From Bdellovibrionales bacterium (GTDB lineage: Bacteria; Bdellovibrionota; Bdellovibrionia; Bdellovibrionales; JAUICD01): DNA of 64,000 bases. The stretch is taken from the NCBI GenBank assembly GCA_965262715.1, contig OZ253553.1, positions 1,728,001 to 1,792,000 of the forward strand, written 5' to 3'. Position numbers and translations under genes: made by a program. Below are positions 49,346 to 59,670 of the stretch, piece after piece; the stretch's first letter is position 1; every line of letters starts with the position of its first letter. The notes beneath the pieces were generated by a model. That model was not told where the DNA came from, searched no databases, and saw only the letters and a program-made list of their open reading frames with translations.

Positions 49346-50308
49346 TCACTGAAATAAAGAACTAATAGATTTATTTTTATTAAGTCGATCTATTGCTTCT
49401 GCCAAAACTGAAGCAATAGAAATAACTTTTAATTTCTGACAATGTTTTATATTTTTCATTTGTGGTATAGTGTCTGTCACCCAGACCTCTTTTATATCAC
49501 TTTTTTCTAAACGTTCAATAGCAGGACCAGATAAAACTCCGTGAGCTGCTATAGCAATAACCTGCTTTGCGCCATTTTTCAATATGCAATTTACAGATTC
49601 TACGAGTGTTCCTGCTGTGTCAATCATATCATCTACAATGATAGCTGTCTTGCCTTTAACCTCTCCAATTAAATGATAGGCTTTTGTCTGGTTAGGTTGT
49701 GTTCTACGCTTATCAATGATTGCAATAGGAGCATCAAGCTGTTTAGCAAAAATACGTACTCTTTCGACGCCACCAGCATCAGGGCTGACTACAACACAAT
49801 TTGAATGTGTATCATTTTGATTCTTCCACTGTCTTGCTAGGGTAGGGGTTGAAAAAAGATGATCAAAAGGAATGTTGAAAAATCCTTGGATCTGTGCTGC
49901 ATGAAGATCTAAGGCCATCACACGGTTAGCACCAGCAGTTGAAAGCAAATCGGCCATCAATTTTGCTGAAATTGGAGCCCTAGGAGATGCTTTTCTATCC
50001 TGTCTAGCATAACCATAGTAAGGGATAACAGCTGTTATGCGAGCTGCTGAAGCTCTCTTTAAGGCGTCCATAAGAACAAAAAGTTCCATAGCATTTTCAT
50101 TAACAGGAGGGCAAGTGCTCTGAATCACAAATACATCCTGGCCCCGAATATGGTCGTGAATATCAACACGGACCTCTCCATCAACAAAACGATTCACATT
50201 GCAATGACCTAATGAATGACCAATGTGATCAGCAATATCCTGAGCAAGTTTTGGATTAGAGTTTCCTGCAAAGATTTTTAATTCCGTATTCTTCAAAGTG
50301 CCTCCCAC
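49346..50308 (-). CDS. prs: Ribose-phosphate pyrophosphokinase
   Basis: GNSNPKLA, PYYGYARQDRK, VSPDAGG, DDMIDTAGT. Confidence 0.97.
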   Translation of the reverse strand: MGGTLKNTELKIFAGNSNPKLAQDIADHIGHSLGHCNVNRFVDGEVRVDIHDHIRGQDVFVIQSTCPPVNENAMELFVLMDALKRASAARITAVIPYYGYARQDRKASPRAPISAKLMADLLSTAGANRVMALDLHAAQIQGFFNIPFDHLFSTPTLARQWKNQNDTHSNCVVVSPDAGGVERVRIFAKQLDAPIAIIDKRRTQPNQTKAYHLIGEVKGKTAIIVDDMIDTAGTLVESVNCILKNGAKQVIAIAAHGVLSGPAIERLEKSDIKEVWVTDTIPQMKNIKHCQKLKVISIASVLAEAIDRLNKNKSISSLFQ

Positions 50309-50496
50309 TGACTTATCGCTAAGGAGTTTTTTTAAAAACCAGAGTGATTTTTTGACAATAATGTAGTTTAGGTAACTCGAACAAGAAGATAAATCAATAA
50401 CTTTTTGAGTATAGACATGTATGCTTCAGCCTTTTTTAGAGAGTAATAATATGGAAGCTATAGATTTTATTTTATAAAAAAATTGAAAGTGCTGAT

Positions 50497-50961
50497 TTAT
50501 TTACGACCTGATCTCATCTTAGATTGTATTCTAGAGATCAGACTTACAGCCATTTTTTCATGAACTTCACACATTTTAAGCTCATCCCTGCGGTAGGACT
50601 GTTGGCTAGGAGTTAAAGTGCCCATCTCAAGCTCCCACTCATAATCTAACTTATGAGATCTAATGTCACTTAATTCTTTTTTCTGTTGTTTAAGAAGAGT
50701 CTGGGTTGCACTCAAAGGAGCAATCTCTAACCACTCCTGCTTTCCCTTATACCAGTTGATCATACGGTAAAAACGAGCTTTGTTTTTAGCTAAAGTGAAT
50801 TGAGGGTAGTCCTCTTCATCTAATGATAAAATGTTTTCATGTTTCCAAAGTTCTTGGGTGTCAGAGGCGTCTTCCCAAGGCTTTTTACGTTCCCATGGCT
50901 TAAGCTTCTTTACAGATTCTTTTTTAGAAGTTTTTTCAAAACTTTGCATTTTTATATCCAT
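50497..50961 (-). CDS. Hypothetical protein
   Basis: 154-aa ORF with plausible composition; no motif recognised. Confidence 0.65.
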   Translation of the reverse strand: MDIKMQSFEKTSKKESVKKLKPWERKKPWEDASDTQELWKHENILSLDEEDYPQFTLAKNKARFYRMINWYKGKQEWLEIAPLSATQTLLKQQKKELSDIRSHKLDYEWELEMGTLTPSQQSYRRDELKMCEVHEKMAVSLISRIQSKMRSGRK

Positions 50962-51580
50962 ACTTTTTTACTTTCTTAACTTACACTCTTACATTAAGAG
51001 TACATATAAAGTCAAATCCTCTTTATGCAGTGAGCTACAACTCAAAGCACTCATTATTAAACATGTCGTGTATAATTCATTTTAACTTCTATAAATGACC
51101 TTGTTGCGTGAACACTTGTTGTGTATGAAGATTGCCGCTAATAGTTTGAAACTAATGCCTCGATACGAGTGCTTTGTGACAGACTTCTTAATTTGGCTTA
51201 GTAAGTAGCTTATAAGACATAGGTTTTAAAAGAAACTTTTCTATAAATAAAATCATTGAATTTGCAATAAATACAATATTCGCAAATCCCTCTTTATTAC
51301 CTCTAAAAACCTGTCGCAAGCTACTAATAATAACTTCAATATATAGCATAAAGCTAATGTTTATACAGTGACACTATACCAAACTATCTGCCTAGAACAA
51401 AGATAAATAAACAAAATTGTCAAATTTATAAGGAAGTTTTTCAAAAGCTTCACTTTTTTACAAGGTCTTTATAAGATAATATATTATAAGTACATAAAAT
51501 TATAAATATTTCATAGTTGGTTATTGTAAACCATATATAAATTATAAGGTGTAAGAAATAAGAAGTGAAAGGCAAGTTTA

Positions 51581-53371
51581 TTGGATACTATACTCTTTAA
51601 TTTTTTAATATTTACTGTTGCGTCTGTCGTTTTTGTCCCTCTTTTTAGAAAGCTGCAAATGGGAGCTATTATTGGCTACATGTTTGCTGGCGTTGTTATT
51701 GGTCCTTATTTGACAGGCTTAATCACTGATACAGAACTGATCATGCATTTTTCAGAACTAGGGTTAGTTTTTCTTTGGTTTTTTATTGGATTAGAAATAA
51801 CACCTGCTCGTATTTGGAGACTAAGGCGATGGATCTTAGGTTTAGGACTTTCTCAAGTCGTTGTTACTGGGCTTATATTTACAATTATTGCTAAGCTTTT
51901 AGGTTGGACTGTAGGAGCATCCTATGTCATAGGTTTTGGGCTAGCTTTATCATCTACAGCCTTCGCCTTGCAACTACTCAAAGAACATCACCAATTTGAT
52001 ACAACTCATGGACAAGGATCTTTTTCTATCCTTATGTTTCAAGACCTAGCTATCCTTCCTCTCCTTGCTTCTCTCTCGTTTTTTACCGATGGCCAATTTG
52101 CTTTTCCTACTATAACCAACTTACTACAAATCATAGTTATTATTGCCATTTTGATACTTATAGAGCAATATGTGATCCGTCATGTTCTGCATCTTGTCGT
52201 TGAAAGTCAAACACATGAAGTGTTTACCGCTATGTCTCTTTTATTAGTTATAGGCGCGGCTTTGCTTTTTCAAGCTGTTGGATTGCACATGGGTATGGGA
52301 GCCTTCTTGGCAGGGTTGCTGCTTACAAAATCAGAATACAAACATGAATTTGAAATCAATCTGCTACCCTTTAAAGGTCTGTTAATGGGGCTTTTCTTTA
52401 TTTCTGTTGGAATGTCATTGAATCTTCACGTTCTCCTTACATCATGGCACGTAGTGATACTTATCACATTGGGTTTTATGATATGTAAAGGTCTTATTAT
52501 TTTTGTATTGGGTCATCTCTTTCGTTTTCCAAAGCAAGCAACACAAAATATGACATTTACTCTGTCGCAAGCTGGTGAGTTTTCCTTTATTCTTTTTAGT
52601 TCAGCTGTCAGTACAGGTATTATGGACATAGAGTCTAGCTCTCTATTCACAGCTTCTGTTATTATAAGTATGGCTATCACTCCATTTATATTTGCTTTTA
52701 ATCAAAAATATCTCCCAATTGATGAAGCCTCACAATCTGATCTGAAAACTGTAAAAAATAAAACAGAAAAACTCAGTAGAGAAAAAGAAGCAGAAATTAT
52801 TATTGCTGGGTTTGGTCGTTTTGGACAAACTATAAGTCGAGTTCTAAAAATGGAAGGTATCAGGCACATTATTTTAGAACATAGTGCTTCCCAAGTAAAA
52901 GCAGCTCGTAAATTCAATAATGAGGTCTACTATGGTGATGCTTCAAGAGCAGATATTTTAAAATCTGCAGGAGGAGATCGTGCAAAGATTTTTGTCCTTG
53001 CGATTGATGATGTAGACAAGTCTCTTGAGACGGCACAGATGGTGCGCCAAAACTTTCCGGATATTAAGATCGTAGCCAGAGCTCGCCATAGAAGACATGC
53101 TATGGATTTGTTGAAACTGGGTATATCTATTGTACATCGAGAAATTTATTTCAGTGGATTGGAAATGGCTAGAGAGGTTTTGCTTCTTAAAGGGAAAAGT
53201 GATTCTCTTATTAATTATAGATTAGATAAGTTTCGTCAGTATGATGAAAAGATTTTACAAAAACAAATGCATGTAAAAGACGAAGAAAAATTCATGTCAT
53301 TGACTCATCAGATGAATCAAGACCTGATCAAACTTTTAGAAGAGGATGAAAAAAATCAAGATAAAAAATAA
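51581..53371 (+). CDS. KefB/KefC-family monovalent cation:proton antiporter (CPA2) with KTN domain
   Basis: LALSSTA, FQDLA, PFKGLLMGLFF, SQAGEF, AGFGRFGQ, YGDA. Confidence 0.92.
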   Translation: MDTILFNFLIFTVASVVFVPLFRKLQMGAIIGYMFAGVVIGPYLTGLITDTELIMHFSELGLVFLWFFIGLEITPARIWRLRRWILGLGLSQVVVTGLIFTIIAKLLGWTVGASYVIGFGLALSSTAFALQLLKEHHQFDTTHGQGSFSILMFQDLAILPLLASLSFFTDGQFAFPTITNLLQIIVIIAILILIEQYVIRHVLHLVVESQTHEVFTAMSLLLVIGAALLFQAVGLHMGMGAFLAGLLLTKSEYKHEFEINLLPFKGLLMGLFFISVGMSLNLHVLLTSWHVVILITLGFMICKGLIIFVLGHLFRFPKQATQNMTFTLSQAGEFSFILFSSAVSTGIMDIESSSLFTASVIISMAITPFIFAFNQKYLPIDEASQSDLKTVKNKTEKLSREKEAEIIIAGFGRFGQTISRVLKMEGIRHIILEHSASQVKAARKFNNEVYYGDASRADILKSAGGDRAKIFVLAIDDVDKSLETAQMVRQNFPDIKIVARARHRRHAMDLLKLGISIVHREIYFSGLEMAREVLLLKGKSDSLINYRLDKFRQYDEKILQKQMHVKDEEKFMSLTHQMNQDLIKLLEEDEKNQDKK

Positions 53372-53523
53372 TATTTTTAAAAGCTTAAGTTTGTTTTAGC
53401 AATTAAAAGCTATCTCAGAACTAGAGTTTCATAATACTGGGGAGTTTGAATTGCAAAATATTTTTTTATAAGAAGGGTTCTGCTCACAGATGTTTAATAA
53501 AGATATAGAAAAATAAGAGGGAA

Positions 53524-55299
53524 ATGATGTCATCTGCAATCTATGGATTTACTTTATCAATATTGTTAATACTTTTCTCTTGGATATGGTTGCAGACAGA
53601 TTCAGATGAGAATGTCCAAAAACAACAAGTAAAGCTTTGGGGTGAAATTTATGAAAGAGAAAACCAAGTCTATATCAATACAGGCCCTCAATCTTTTTGG
53701 CAGATTGCTAGAGCAAGAACGCCATTATCTTCTGAAAAAGTGCAGGTGCAAGCTTTAAACACAGCTTTTTTATCTATTCTTTTGCAAAAAAAAGGAAGAC
53801 TAGAGATCAGTGAAAATTCTCATATAGTGGTTCATATTGTACAAAATAGAAAGAAGAACTTTATTTGTGAGATAGAGCTTATAGAAGGCGATATGTATAT
53901 GAGTTTCTTCGGACAAGAAGAGCATCTGTGTCATTTGATATGGAGAGGGCAAAAGGTCGCTTCTTTAAAGAATGCAGATATCACAATTAGCAGAAGTCAA
54001 TCACAGATGAATGTTCATGCTCATCGAGGATTGGTCACATTTGCTGATCTGGATAAGGAACTATCTAATGGTATGTGGGCAAGAGTTGGGCCTGAAGGCA
54101 CACAATTATTTGAAAATGACTTTTTTATACTAACTCCACTTGCTAACGACAAAGTCTACCAATCTGAAAAAGGTAGGGTTCGATTTAAATGGGCGCATAC
54201 TCCGAAAAATTCTCAATTGCAATTGTTTGTAGGAAGTAAAAAAAATAATCTAAAACCTGTGTGGAAGGTTCCTGTACCTGCAGATAGGGATCAAGGGTAT
54301 TTCAAATTTCCTTTAGGCACTTATTATTGGCAATTAGTAGCTCGTCAAAGTCAAAAACAATACAAATCCCAGATATATAAAATTTTTATTAGACCTCAGA
54401 TACATCCTATTTTGGTATTTCCGAGTCTTGGGTCTACTAGGTTTGTAAGTCGTGGTCAAAAGGAAATGTATCGATTTGCTTGGTTGAATCAATCTCGTCT
54501 TGAGAATCTTTTTATTGAAATTGCTAAAGATATTAACTTTTCAACAATTGTATTTAAAAAGCCTGTTGGAGAATTTGGATTTATAGAGTTTCTAAACACA
54601 TTCCCAGAGGGTCAATATTTTTGGAGAGTCAGTGGATTTCGGCATAACTCTTCAGAGCTTCTAAAAAGTCATGTAAGGCATTTTTTTGTTACAGGTCAAA
54701 ACACTGAGTTTAAAAAAATTCAGTCGTGGCCAAGGGATAGAGAAAGGGTCCATTGGTGGGATTTGCATTGGAAAGAATCTAAGTTTATATGGGATGCTTT
54801 TTACGGATTTCAAAATGTCCGTATAAGTATTACAGACTTGAACTCTCAGTTTGTACAGTATTTTCTAGTAGATATCAGTAAAAATCGCATGGATATTCCT
54901 TTATTGAATGTAGGTTTGTATGAGTGGAAACTGCAAGGTAAAAGCCAAGCAGACAAAGATTTGTGGATAAATATCACTGAACCTAAGAGGATAACAGTGA
55001 CGGCAAGTCCTTCTATTGATTGGCAGAGGATTATAAATAGACGACTTTTTTGGACTGATGGACCAGATAGTACGGACCACTACATGATCCGTATTCGTCA
55101 ATATCAAATCCTTGCAGGTTCTAAATCCTCTCAGATTGTTATTAGAAAAGTAAGACATAACCGTTGGACTGTTCCGCCTGCATTTACTGGTTTTATTTCT
55201 GTCAAGGTTATGGCAATGGATCATAATAACCAAATCATAGCACTTTCACCAGAAAAAGATTTTGTTTTTGAGGCTCTTAATACTTCTTTACAAGAATAG
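53524..55299 (+). CDS. Membrane-anchored beta-rich protein (FecR-like N-terminus, FN3-like repeats)
   Basis: N-terminal TM helix; repeated G.YYWQL / GQYFWRV / GLYEWKL motifs. Confidence 0.6.
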   Translation: MMSSAIYGFTLSILLILFSWIWLQTDSDENVQKQQVKLWGEIYERENQVYINTGPQSFWQIARARTPLSSEKVQVQALNTAFLSILLQKKGRLEISENSHIVVHIVQNRKKNFICEIELIEGDMYMSFFGQEEHLCHLIWRGQKVASLKNADITISRSQSQMNVHAHRGLVTFADLDKELSNGMWARVGPEGTQLFENDFFILTPLANDKVYQSEKGRVRFKWAHTPKNSQLQLFVGSKKNNLKPVWKVPVPADRDQGYFKFPLGTYYWQLVARQSQKQYKSQIYKIFIRPQIHPILVFPSLGSTRFVSRGQKEMYRFAWLNQSRLENLFIEIAKDINFSTIVFKKPVGEFGFIEFLNTFPEGQYFWRVSGFRHNSSELLKSHVRHFFVTGQNTEFKKIQSWPRDRERVHWWDLHWKESKFIWDAFYGFQNVRISITDLNSQFVQYFLVDISKNRMDIPLLNVGLYEWKLQGKSQADKDLWINITEPKRITVTASPSIDWQRIINRRLFWTDGPDSTDHYMIRIRQYQILAGSKSSQIVIRKVRHNRWTVPPAFTGFISVKVMAMDHNNQIIALSPEKDFVFEALNTSLQE

Positions 55300-55378
55300 T
55301 TTTCTTCGGCGTTGTTGCAGAAGGATTTAGCTAGAGAGATATTGTTGAGTATTTTTTATATTTTTGCAATTAAGTTAT

Positions 55379-56287
55379 TTAGGTTATGATGGAGTTAGGA
55401 GTTTTCATTTGATTAAGGATTTTAGATTTAATAAATACTTCATTTGCTTGACGTTTAAACTCTCTAGAAGATAATTTATCCCCTAATAAAGTTTTGAATC
55501 TATACATAGCTGTTTCTGATATGGATCTTCGATGATAGTTATTTTTTTCTTTCCACTGTTTTTTTCCAATTCTTCTAATTTCTCTAATATGAAGATCTCT
55601 AGGAGTAGGTGATCCTCTACAATTGCCATGCTTCTGAATAACTGCTGTCTTCCTGAGTGGAACAACAAGCTTTATACCTTTAGCTTCTGATATAATATAG
55701 CAATTCTTAGAATCATAAGCCCCATCAGCAGATACTTGGCTTATTGAATCATCAATACCTGTGATAAGCTCTTCAAATAACTCACTATCTTTAAAAGAAC
55801 TATTGCTCAATGCCACTGACTTAACATCAGAATTAGACTCATCTACTGTTAAATGCAGCTTCTTCCATGTCCTTCTCTTAGAATAACCATGTTGACGAGT
55901 TTTCCACTCTCCTTCTCTGTAAACTTTAAGACCTGTTGAATCAATGACTATATGAAGACTTTTTTTAGAAGATAGCTTCTTTTGTAGTTTTACAGGTAGC
56001 TTCTGTAATCCTCTACAAAGAGTCGTATAGTTAGGTATCTCTATATCAAGACACATTAATTCAACTAGTGATCTAGCAAAACCTTCTGTAGATCTCAATC
56101 TTAAACCAAAGACAGATCTTAATGTATTAAGAGTTTCAATAGCTCTATCAGAGTAAACTTGTTGACACCCTTGCTTTAAAGAGCGTTTTGCATACCAAGA
56201 TTTAACGATATCTGCTGAAAACCAAAAAGTGATTTGACCTCTATTGACCAGAGACTTATTATAAAGACTCCAATTAATCTTACTCAT
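55379..56287 (-). CDS. IS903-group DDE transposase
   Basis: NWSLYNKSLVNRGQITFW, IDSTGLK, WKKLHL, ADGAYD, YHRRSISETAM. Confidence 0.95.
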   Translation of the reverse strand: MSKINWSLYNKSLVNRGQITFWFSADIVKSWYAKRSLKQGCQQVYSDRAIETLNTLRSVFGLRLRSTEGFARSLVELMCLDIEIPNYTTLCRGLQKLPVKLQKKLSSKKSLHIVIDSTGLKVYREGEWKTRQHGYSKRRTWKKLHLTVDESNSDVKSVALSNSSFKDSELFEELITGIDDSISQVSADGAYDSKNCYIISEAKGIKLVVPLRKTAVIQKHGNCRGSPTPRDLHIREIRRIGKKQWKEKNNYHRRSISETAMYRFKTLLGDKLSSREFKRQANEVFIKSKILNQMKTPNSIIT

Positions 56288-56412
56288 CTCTGACTCCTTT
56301 ATCTGGAAATTGGGGAACTTAGTGATGGGTAAATTTTATAATCACTAAAACTAAAAAATCAAAATAATAGATATATTAAATCAATAAACAAAGTTTATTG
56401 CATAAACATGTA

Positions 56413-56569
56413 AGAGAATTATGGCAGGCTTCTGGAATAGGATTAGGCCAGTGCCTTAGGGAATAAATATTCCTTAAAGTATCTTATTCTATAATAAAAT
56501 CTTAAAGTGAAAGCAATACAAGGCGCGGGGGTTGCCTAGAGCCTATGGAAGATGCCTGCCATAATTCTC
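56413..56569. repeat. 157-bp IR-bounded insert upstream of the transposase, inside the IS
   Basis: 17-bp perfect IR agagaattatggcaggc / gcctgccataattctct. Confidence 0.75.
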
Positions 56570-56620
56570 TAATCTTTTATATACTTCCTTAAATCTTTCT
56601 GCAACAAAGCCATACAAAAC

Positions 56621-56951
56621 TAGTAGCGGTCTCAAAAATAAAAGTTTAATAAATATTGCCAGAAATTCATAACTTTATCTAACTATAATATATCTCTGTG
56701 TTCACCTTCGTCTATAAACGTTTGTACCTATTACCTCTAATTTCTTATATAAAAGGGCTGTCTTCCTCAAAATGAATCACGCCGCTGGCGTGCTTTCTGG
56801 CACTGATCCGATGGTGAAAAACCATCGGATCAGTACCTAGAAAGCCTATTCATTTTGAGTAGAAGCCATCTCATGGGCTGTTTTGTATAATGCAAAACTG
56901 GTATCTTTTTTAAAACTGTTATCTCTAGTAGCATTTTTGAGATGGCTTCTA
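56621..56951. mobile_element. TIR-bounded non-autonomous cassette containing structured unit D (56756-56872)
   Basis: tagtagcggtctcaaaaat ... atttttgagatggcttcta; inner ctcaaaatgaat/attcattttgag and actgatccgatggt/accatcggatcagt. Confidence 0.7.
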
Positions 56952-57145
56952 TTATTGTCATTTCTTTCTTATTGTCTCAATCAAAATAAATAACATGCCA
57001 AAGAGAGACCTTTTTTGTCTGTATTTCAGTAAAATAAACACTTTGATATCCCAAAACCCATTTTTAAGGGTTTTCATGAGTTTCAATTTGGCACGAAATG
57101 TGAATTTAAAAAGTGTAACAGGAAAAATTAAAAAAGGAATATCTT

Positions 57146-57928
57146 ATGAAAAAGCTTATGAAAAAAATAATGACGAAACAAATATGGATGTTTATTGTGA
57201 CTGTTTTTAGTGTGTTCACTCTATTTTCTTTATCTATAGGTTGCTCGCAACAATCACAGTGGCAAAATAGGGCTTATCCCCCAGGGGCTCAGGTTCCAGG
57301 AGGATATTTTCCACAAGGTGGTGGCCAAGGCCCATATTATAACCCTTCTCTCTATTTATCTACATTTGATTCTGTAAGTATAAGAGATACAGAGGCTTAT
57401 GGTCGCTTTTTAGAAGAGGTGATGAATCTCTGTCGTCAAAACCGGTTTAATGGAGCGTATGGAGAATGGCATGGTGGTGGATCATTTGGAAGCTCTATTA
57501 GCTCTTGTGGATGGGCAACACAAAACTACACTCAATTTGCTGTGGATTTATCTATGGATATTGACCCACAACAAAACTCGCCAGTTGATATAGAATTCTT
57601 TGTCGGATACCAAGGTGGGTTTAATGGTACTCAATGGATATCCTCGTCATCTACACAATGGGGTTCTGTTACTGGAGAACTAAGGTTTGAAGAAGATGGT
57701 GATTTTAGAATTCTTTATAGACCTGTAGGTAATAGTCAATCTAGAATCACTATCCGTGTGAATGGATCACTTGAGGATCTTCAAAATAATAGGCGTGATC
57801 TCTCAGTGAGTATAGAATATGGTGGTGATGAGATAGGAAAAGGTAGAACTTCTATTGTTGATCCATCAGATAATGATTATTATGATGAATATTCTTATTC
57901 TAACTATCACAGCCCTTATGGATACTAG
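57146..57928 (+). CDS. Hypothetical lipoprotein, Gly/Tyr-rich
   Basis: Lipobox SIGC; 260-aa ORF with RBS AAGGA. Confidence 0.7.
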   Translation: MKKLMKKIMTKQIWMFIVTVFSVFTLFSLSIGCSQQSQWQNRAYPPGAQVPGGYFPQGGGQGPYYNPSLYLSTFDSVSIRDTEAYGRFLEEVMNLCRQNRFNGAYGEWHGGGSFGSSISSCGWATQNYTQFAVDLSMDIDPQQNSPVDIEFFVGYQGGFNGTQWISSSSTQWGSVTGELRFEEDGDFRILYRPVGNSQSRITIRVNGSLEDLQNNRRDLSVSIEYGGDEIGKGRTSIVDPSDNDYYDEYSYSNYHSPYGY

Positions 57929-58271
57929 AAGCCATCTCAAAGATACATGATAGCAGTAAATAATACGAAATTCCAAAACACAAAACATAATATAACTAAA
58001 GATGGCTTCTTACTCAAAATGGACAGATTTGACGAGAGCCACGATAGTGGCCCTGCGGAAGCCGGAAGGGCCTATTACCCTTCGAGTTCAATGCTTCGAT
58101 TTGCAAGCACTTTATTTGAATGCAAAAATAATTAAGAAATGATAATAGCCAATGATAAGAATGGGAAGAGGCTCGCCTCGAGAGGCTTGCGTCGAGAGGC
58201 TGGTCTATTTTTAGGGAAACAGCTTATTTTGAAAATGTGGACATTAAGAATTAATTTTGAGATGAGTTCTA
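57926..58271. mobile_element. TIR-bounded non-autonomous cassette containing structured unit E (~58001-58223)
   Basis: tagaagccatctcaaa ... ttttgagatgagttcta; gaggctcgcctcgagaggc motif; tttttagggaaacag end. Confidence 0.7.
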
Positions 58272-58634
58272 ATAAACGGACTTATTCCATAAATACTCTA
58301 TTAAACTCTTAAAGCGCATAAAACTACTTTCCAATTTATGAAAGATACTAGTTTAGGTGTTTTGGGGTTTATAGGCCTTTACTTGTTGATCTTACTTTTC
58401 TTATTATCATTTTTGCAGGCATTTTCACTGATGCCATAATTTAACTCAAAAAAGGCTGAATATGAGCATTGATAGTGTGATGTATCATTTTTTTGTAAAA
58501 ATCCTAAAAATATGCATTTTTTATTTGACGGATAACACTAATATCCTTTCTTATCTAAGAATGAAACTACTGTAATAAAAAGGACAGTATAAACTTATAA
58601 TAAATTTAAACCTTAACACAAGGAGGATCGTGTT

Positions 58635-58907
58635 ATGAATAAAGCAGAACTAGTTGAAAAAGTTGCTAAAGGATGTGAACTACCTAAGGCTCATGTTGAG
58701 CGGGTATTGGAAACAACTATAGAAACTATTAGAAAATCTGTGAAGCGAGGTAATGAGGTTAAACTTATTGGTTTTGGTACTTTTGCTAAATCTAAGCGTA
58801 AAGCTCGTACAGGCCGTAATCCACAGACTGGACAAGCTATTAAGATACCAGCATCTTGGTATCCTAAGTTTCGCCCAGGAAGTGAATTTAAGCATTTATT
58901 AAACTAA
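58635..58907 (+). CDS. hup: HU family DNA-binding protein
   Basis: MNKAELV, GFGTF, ARTGRNPQTG, PKFRPG; RBS AGGAGG. Confidence 0.96.
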   Translation: MNKAELVEKVAKGCELPKAHVERVLETTIETIRKSVKRGNEVKLIGFGTFAKSKRKARTGRNPQTGQAIKIPASWYPKFRPGSEFKHLLN

Positions 58908-58934
58908 GTTAAAATTTATATTCGTTCTAATAAG

Positions 58935-58966
58935 ATAGGGGCTTATATTTACTAGCCCCTATTTTA
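58935..58966 (+). terminator. Rho-independent terminator after HU
   Basis: ataggggct ... agcccctat hairpin followed by a short T tract. Confidence 0.65.
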
Positions 58967-59117
58967 TTAATAAGCTGGAGATATCGGTTAGAATTAAATT
59001 TTGTAATAATAGATTGTGATATTGGATTCTACAAAGTATCTTCCAATTTTGATAAGCGATTTCTGGTCAAAAAGTAATACTGCAAGAAATAATGAGTGAA
59101 TGGTATGGAGATAAAAC

Positions 59118-59663
59118 ATGAGAGAGGATATATTAAAAAAGCAAACGAAGAGTAAAAATATTATTCATAAGAAAGCTCAAATAAAAACTATAATGAATAA
59201 AAATCATTTAAGAAGTAAGCAGCAAAACATATCTATTCAAACACAAGAAGTCACTCGTGAGATAAGAGGAGTCAGTAGGAGAATTAAAAAAATATCTGTA
59301 GAAAATTATTGGGGAGAGCTTATTGATAGCTTAGCACATCATGCGTTAATTCCTCTTTTACATGAACAAGACATCTTTTTGAACAAAGCTTGGACTCATT
59401 GTAGAGATAGAAGTACAAATAACCATTGGCAGGTTGATATATTGGCGCATTCTGATACAGAGATGGTGGCTGTGAATTTTTACCCATTTTTAGAGAAAAA
59501 AGATGTAGATAATTTTATAGAAACTATAAAAAAATTTAAAAAATGGTCTTTACTTTCTTCTGGAAAAACTCTGTATGGAGCAGTCGCATATATAAAAACT
59601 TTTAAAAAAGTAGCTGTTTATGCAGAAGATCAAGGCTTATTTGTAATTGGTGTTCCAGGTTAA
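59118..59663 (+). CDS. DUF3782-like / PD-(D/E)XK-fold protein, apparently degenerate
   Basis: WGELIDSL, VDILA, DVDNFIE, LYGAVAY, YAEDQGLFVI; no E-x-K at the expected place. Confidence 0.6.
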   Translation: MREDILKKQTKSKNIIHKKAQIKTIMNKNHLRSKQQNISIQTQEVTREIRGVSRRIKKISVENYWGELIDSLAHHALIPLLHEQDIFLNKAWTHCRDRSTNNHWQVDILAHSDTEMVAVNFYPFLEKKDVDNFIETIKKFKKWSLLSSGKTLYGAVAYIKTFKKVAVYAEDQGLFVIGVPG

Positions 59664-59670
59664 GTCTATA

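Larger units (their letters stand above)
55308..56611 (-). mobile_element. IS5 family, IS903-group insertion sequence
   Basis: TIRs GGCGTTGTTGCAGAAGGATTTA (55308) and the reverse complement GGCTTTGTTGCAGAAAGATTTA (ends 56611). Confidence 0.9.

Noticed and set aside
57089..57104. Sigma54 promoter TGGCACGAAATGTGAA before the lipoprotein gene
   Set aside because: Good -24 box but -12 reads GA; too weak to call
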